Shown: in pieces, positions 60,984 to 64,000 of the stretch | How the letters are laid out: each line of letters opens with the position of its first letter | How positions within the stretch are numbered: the stretch's first letter is position 1 | DNA from: an uncultured delta proteobacterium | GTDB lineage: Bacteria; Desulfobacterota; Binatia; UBA9968 | NCBI GenBank assembly: GCA_963816145.1 | Contig: CAWFJP010000009.1 | Location: 32,001-96,000 of the forward strand | Reading direction: 5' to 3' | Length of the DNA: 64,000 nt | Notes under the pieces: model-generated | The model's input: the letters and a program-made list of their open reading frames with translations, nothing else | Database searches by the model: none | What the model was told of the DNA's origin: nothing | Translations under genes and position numbers: made by a program

Positions 60984-62198
60984 ATGACTACAGCAAACGA
61001 AATACTCAAAGGCGTGCGCATATTGGCTTTCACCACCGGCTACGCCGGCCCCTACGCCGGCAGGTTGCTGGCCAACTATGGCGCCGAGGTGATCAAGATC
61101 GAGTCGCGCAAGGGAGGACTCGATACCTTTCGCCACTACGGTCAGCATAAGGACATCGACGAGGCGCCGCGCTTCATCGAGTGCAATCTGGGCGTGCGTT
61201 CTTTGGCGATCAATCTGAAAAATCCCACGGGCGCTAAACTGATCCGCGAGCTCGCCGGAAAATCGCATGCGATCTTGCAGAATTTTCGTCCTAGAGTGTT
61301 GGATAAACTCGGTTTGGGGGATGAGGAGCTGCGCAAAATTAATCCTAAGCTTGTGATTGTGAAATTGCCTGGGTTCGGCACCGAAGGACCCAAGAGCAGC
61401 TACGGGACGTGGGGCTTCAATCTTACGGCTTTCTCCGGCATCACCTATTTATGGAATCATCCCGAGCAGGACCGGCCGATCGGCAGCCAGGGCGTCTATC
61501 CCGATCATCTAGGCTTCGTTCTTGGGCCGACCATGATGATCGCGGCGCTTTTGAATAGCCGGCGCAGCGGCAAAGGCGTGACCATCGACCTGGCGCAAAT
61601 CGAAGGCACCGCAGCAGTGTTGGGCACGACTTATCTGGAAACTTCGGTGAACGGCGACGATCCCAAACCCCGGGGCAATCATTATGCATTGGCCGCGCCC
61701 CACGGCGTCTACCGCTGCCAGGGCGACGACCGTTGGTGTGTGATCTCGGTGCGCGACGATACCGAGTGGCGGAACTTTTGCCGCGTCATTGGCCGGGCTG
61801 AATTGGTGAGCGATGGGCGCTTTACCTCGCTTCAATCACGTATCGACAACCGCACTGAACTCGACGGCATTGTCAGCGCATGGACCGCGAGGCGCCCGGC
61901 GGAAGAGGTGATGACCAAGTGTCAGTCCGCCGGCGTGCCGGCCAGCGTCGTCCAATCCGGCGCGGATTTGCTGAAAGATCCGCAGCTGCGCCATCGCAAT
62001 TATTTCTCGGCGTTTCCCGAATCGCTGATCGGCCCTTTCGAAATACCGCGCAGTGGTTTTGTCTTCAAAGGCGTGCCGGAAGATCCGCTTAAATTGCCGG
62101 CGCGCTTCGGGTCGGACAACGATCAGATTCTTGGCGAGCTTTTAGGCTACGACAAAGCGACCATCGAGCAGTGGCGCCAGGAAGAAGTGCTGGCCTAG
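60984..62198 (+). CDS. Family III CoA-transferase (CaiB/BaiF)
   Basis: LKGVRIL, AGPYAGRLLA.YGAEVIKIE, NFRP, YPD, APHGVYRC. Confidence 0.92.
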   Translation: MTTANEILKGVRILAFTTGYAGPYAGRLLANYGAEVIKIESRKGGLDTFRHYGQHKDIDEAPRFIECNLGVRSLAINLKNPTGAKLIRELAGKSHAILQNFRPRVLDKLGLGDEELRKINPKLVIVKLPGFGTEGPKSSYGTWGFNLTAFSGITYLWNHPEQDRPIGSQGVYPDHLGFVLGPTMMIAALLNSRRSGKGVTIDLAQIEGTAAVLGTTYLETSVNGDDPKPRGNHYALAAPHGVYRCQGDDRWCVISVRDDTEWRNFCRVIGRAELVSDGRFTSLQSRIDNRTELDGIVSAWTARRPAEEVMTKCQSAGVPASVVQSGADLLKDPQLRHRNYFSAFPESLIGPFEIPRSGFVFKGVPEDPLKLPARFGSDNDQILGELLGYDKATIEQWRQEEVLA

Positions 62199-62254
62199 AT
62201 TTTTCGGGTCTTCAGGTGTTTTTGTGGCTTATGTTTCACGTTCGGTTTGTTTTG

Positions 62255-62369
62255 TTCACCACGAAGAGCACGAAGGACACGAAGGGTTAGGAAAATTAAG
62301 ACTCCGAACTTCGCGATCTTCGTGTCCTTCGTGGTGAAATCATCCTTACAGTAAACCCGGAAGAAGCAA
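62255..62369. repeat. CACCACGAAG 9-mer hairpin element; related copy at 15779-15882, variant at 49579-49660
   Basis: Shared TTCGTGTCCTTCGTG..GTGAAA...TTACAGTAAACC.GGAAG.AGC tail. Confidence 0.72.
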
Positions 62370-62410
62370 TCCATTTAGCTACTGTTCTTAGCCCATCGGG
62401 AGGAGGAACC

Positions 62411-63379
62411 ATGCTAACCAAGATCTCTACCATCGCTTTAGCTGTCGTCTTCGTCCTTCAATACAGTGCCGCAGATGCTCAGGAGCGGGTCAAGCTGCGC
62501 ATCAGTTCGGCGGCCAAGACGCTCGGCTACGGGCCGTTATGGATCGCTTCGCGCATGGGATTCTTCGAGCGCCAGGGATTGGATGTCGATGTCGTGGTGA
62601 TCCGCGCTTCCGACGTGGGCGTGCAAGCGCTCGCCGGCGGCTCCCTGGAGATCGCCGGCAGCGCGTCCGATGCGCCGATCGCCGCCATCGAAAAGGGGCT
62701 CGATCTGGTGATCGTCGGTGGAATCATCAACGGCTTGACGCAGTCGATCATGGCGGCCAAGAGATTCAAGACCTACAACGATCTGCGCGGCGCGACTTTC
62801 GGCGCCATCAGTCTCACCTCCGGGGTCACCTTCGCGCTGCGCCAAGTGCTCAAGCTAAAGGGGCTGGAGTATCCGCGCGATTACAAGCTACTGGTCATCG
62901 GCGGCACGCCGCAAACCTATGCGGCTCTGGTCGCCGGCTCCATCGATGCGGCGGCGCTTTCGCTGCCGGTCAACTATGCCGCGGAAGAGCACGGCTTCAA
63001 TGAGATCGGCCGTTTTGTCGATGTGATGCCCAATTACCAACTGGCCGCGCTGTCGACCAAGCGGACGTGGGCGGAAAAAAACCGGCCGGTGCTGGTGCGC
63101 GTCATGCGCGCCATGGCGCAGACGATGCGCTGGATTCATCAGAACAAGGAGCCGGCGGCGAACTATCTTGCCAAGGAGATGAATTTGAAACTGGACCACG
63201 CCCGGCGTGGTTGGGACTTCTACACGGCGACCAAGATGTGGCATCCCGACGGCGATGTGAATCTCGAAGGGTTGCAAAACGTCACGCAAATCTACTGGGA
63301 GCAAAGCCAGTCCAAAGGCCCGGTGCCAAGCGCAGCCAAATATGTCGATCAGAGTTATTTGCGCGAAGCGTTGAAGTAG
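62411..63379 (+). CDS. NMT1/SsuA-like substrate-binding protein
   Basis: Signal peptide; KTLGYGPLW, LEYPRDY; paralogue of 54220 and 55279. Confidence 0.9.
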   Translation: MLTKISTIALAVVFVLQYSAADAQERVKLRISSAAKTLGYGPLWIASRMGFFERQGLDVDVVVIRASDVGVQALAGGSLEIAGSASDAPIAAIEKGLDLVIVGGIINGLTQSIMAAKRFKTYNDLRGATFGAISLTSGVTFALRQVLKLKGLEYPRDYKLLVIGGTPQTYAALVAGSIDAAALSLPVNYAAEEHGFNEIGRFVDVMPNYQLAALSTKRTWAEKNRPVLVRVMRAMAQTMRWIHQNKEPAANYLAKEMNLKLDHARRGWDFYTATKMWHPDGDVNLEGLQNVTQIYWEQSQSKGPVPSAAKYVDQSYLREALK

Positions 63380-63542
63380 ATTTAAGAAGGCACCAGGCAA
63401 TAGGCAATAGGCAACAGAAGGTTGCTGGAGGTATTTTTCTAAACTCTTGCCTATTGCCTTATGCCTATTGCCTTACCTATCTCTTGAATATTTCCCCGAG
63501 TGACCCTAAAGTTGAAAATCATGCGCGTTGGACCTTCCTAGA

Positions 63543-64000
63543 GTGATAAACCCACCCACGATACTTAAAACCGAACGCCTACGACTCAGAAAAGCTAAAC
63601 TCGCGGATGCCGAAGCGATTTTCCGCCAATACGCGACAGATCCGGAAGTGACCAAGTATGTCAGCTGGCGCGCCCATCGGAACCTTGAGGAGACACGAGA
63701 GTACATGCGCATGTGTTCGCTGGCTTGGGACGTCGGCAAAGCCTTTCACTGGGTGATCGAGACTCAAGAAAGCAAGCAAGTCATCGGCATGGTGATCGCG
63801 CGTGTGAGCGACGAGAAATGGGAGCTGGGGTTTGTCTTGACGCGGGCTTATTGGGGGCGCGGTTACATGACCGAATCCATCACAGCGCTGATCGCCTGGG
63901 CGCTCAAGCAGAAAGAGATCTTCCGCATCTGGGCGGTGTGCGACGTCGACAACAAGGCCTCGGCGCGGGTGATGGAAAAGGCCGGCATGCAGCGCGAGGG
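63543..64000 (+). CDS. GNAT (RimJ/RimL) acetyltransferase, 3'-partial (absent from the ORF track)
   Basis: LKTERLRLR, DPEVTKYVSW, ELGFVL...YWGRGYMTE, DVDNKASARVMEKAGM. Confidence 0.88.
   Translation, partial: MINPPTILKTERLRLRKAKLADAEAIFRQYATDPEVTKYVSWRAHRNLEETREYMRMCSLAWDVGKAFHWVIETQESKQVIGMVIARVSDEKWELGFVLTRAYWGRGYMTESITALIAWALKQKEIFRIWAVCDVDNKASARVMEKAGMQRE

Noticed and set aside
1-64000. CRISPR array, tRNA, rRNA, integron attC array
   Set aside because: No regularly spaced identical repeats, no cas or integrase gene, and no cloverleaf or rRNA signature; the intergenic hairpins lack consistent RYYYAAC/GTTRRRY ends.

Overview
GC-rich bacterial window, almost entirely + strand. The gene repertoire (many orphan NMT1/SsuA-type binding proteins, amidohydrolases, CoA-transferases) resembles Candidatus Binatia / deltaproteobacterial MAGs; this is an inference, as no marker gene is present. 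1-5.8 kb: pentose-phosphate cluster (pgi, gnd, zwf, pgl, rpiB). 5.9-42.5 kb: accessory envelope, transport and signalling genes (family-3 SBPs, DAACS symporter, EAL, USP, META lipoprotein, YdiK, OmpR-type two-component system plus DegP, arylsulfatase, DUF2254/1622/202/4105, B12 radical SAM, AsmA-like, MscS, lipoproteins). 42.9-64 kb: aromatic/CoA catabolism with six orphan SBPs. The strongest hidden signal is a selenoprotein missed by the ORF track: an in-frame UGA in a U-G-S-C motif (52280-52282) followed 10 nt later by a perfect SECIS-like hairpin. It is separated from a probable partner gene by a DUF559 nuclease gene bracketed by inverted REP-like hairpins. Other signals: three 132-bp MITE copies with TIRs and 3-bp target duplications, a ~90-bp palindromic insert disrupting a membrane gene, nested short-period hairpin repeats in most intergenic gaps, and five insertion-type frameshifts at 44-61 kb that are probably sequencing errors. 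No rRNA, tRNA or CRISPR array was seen.
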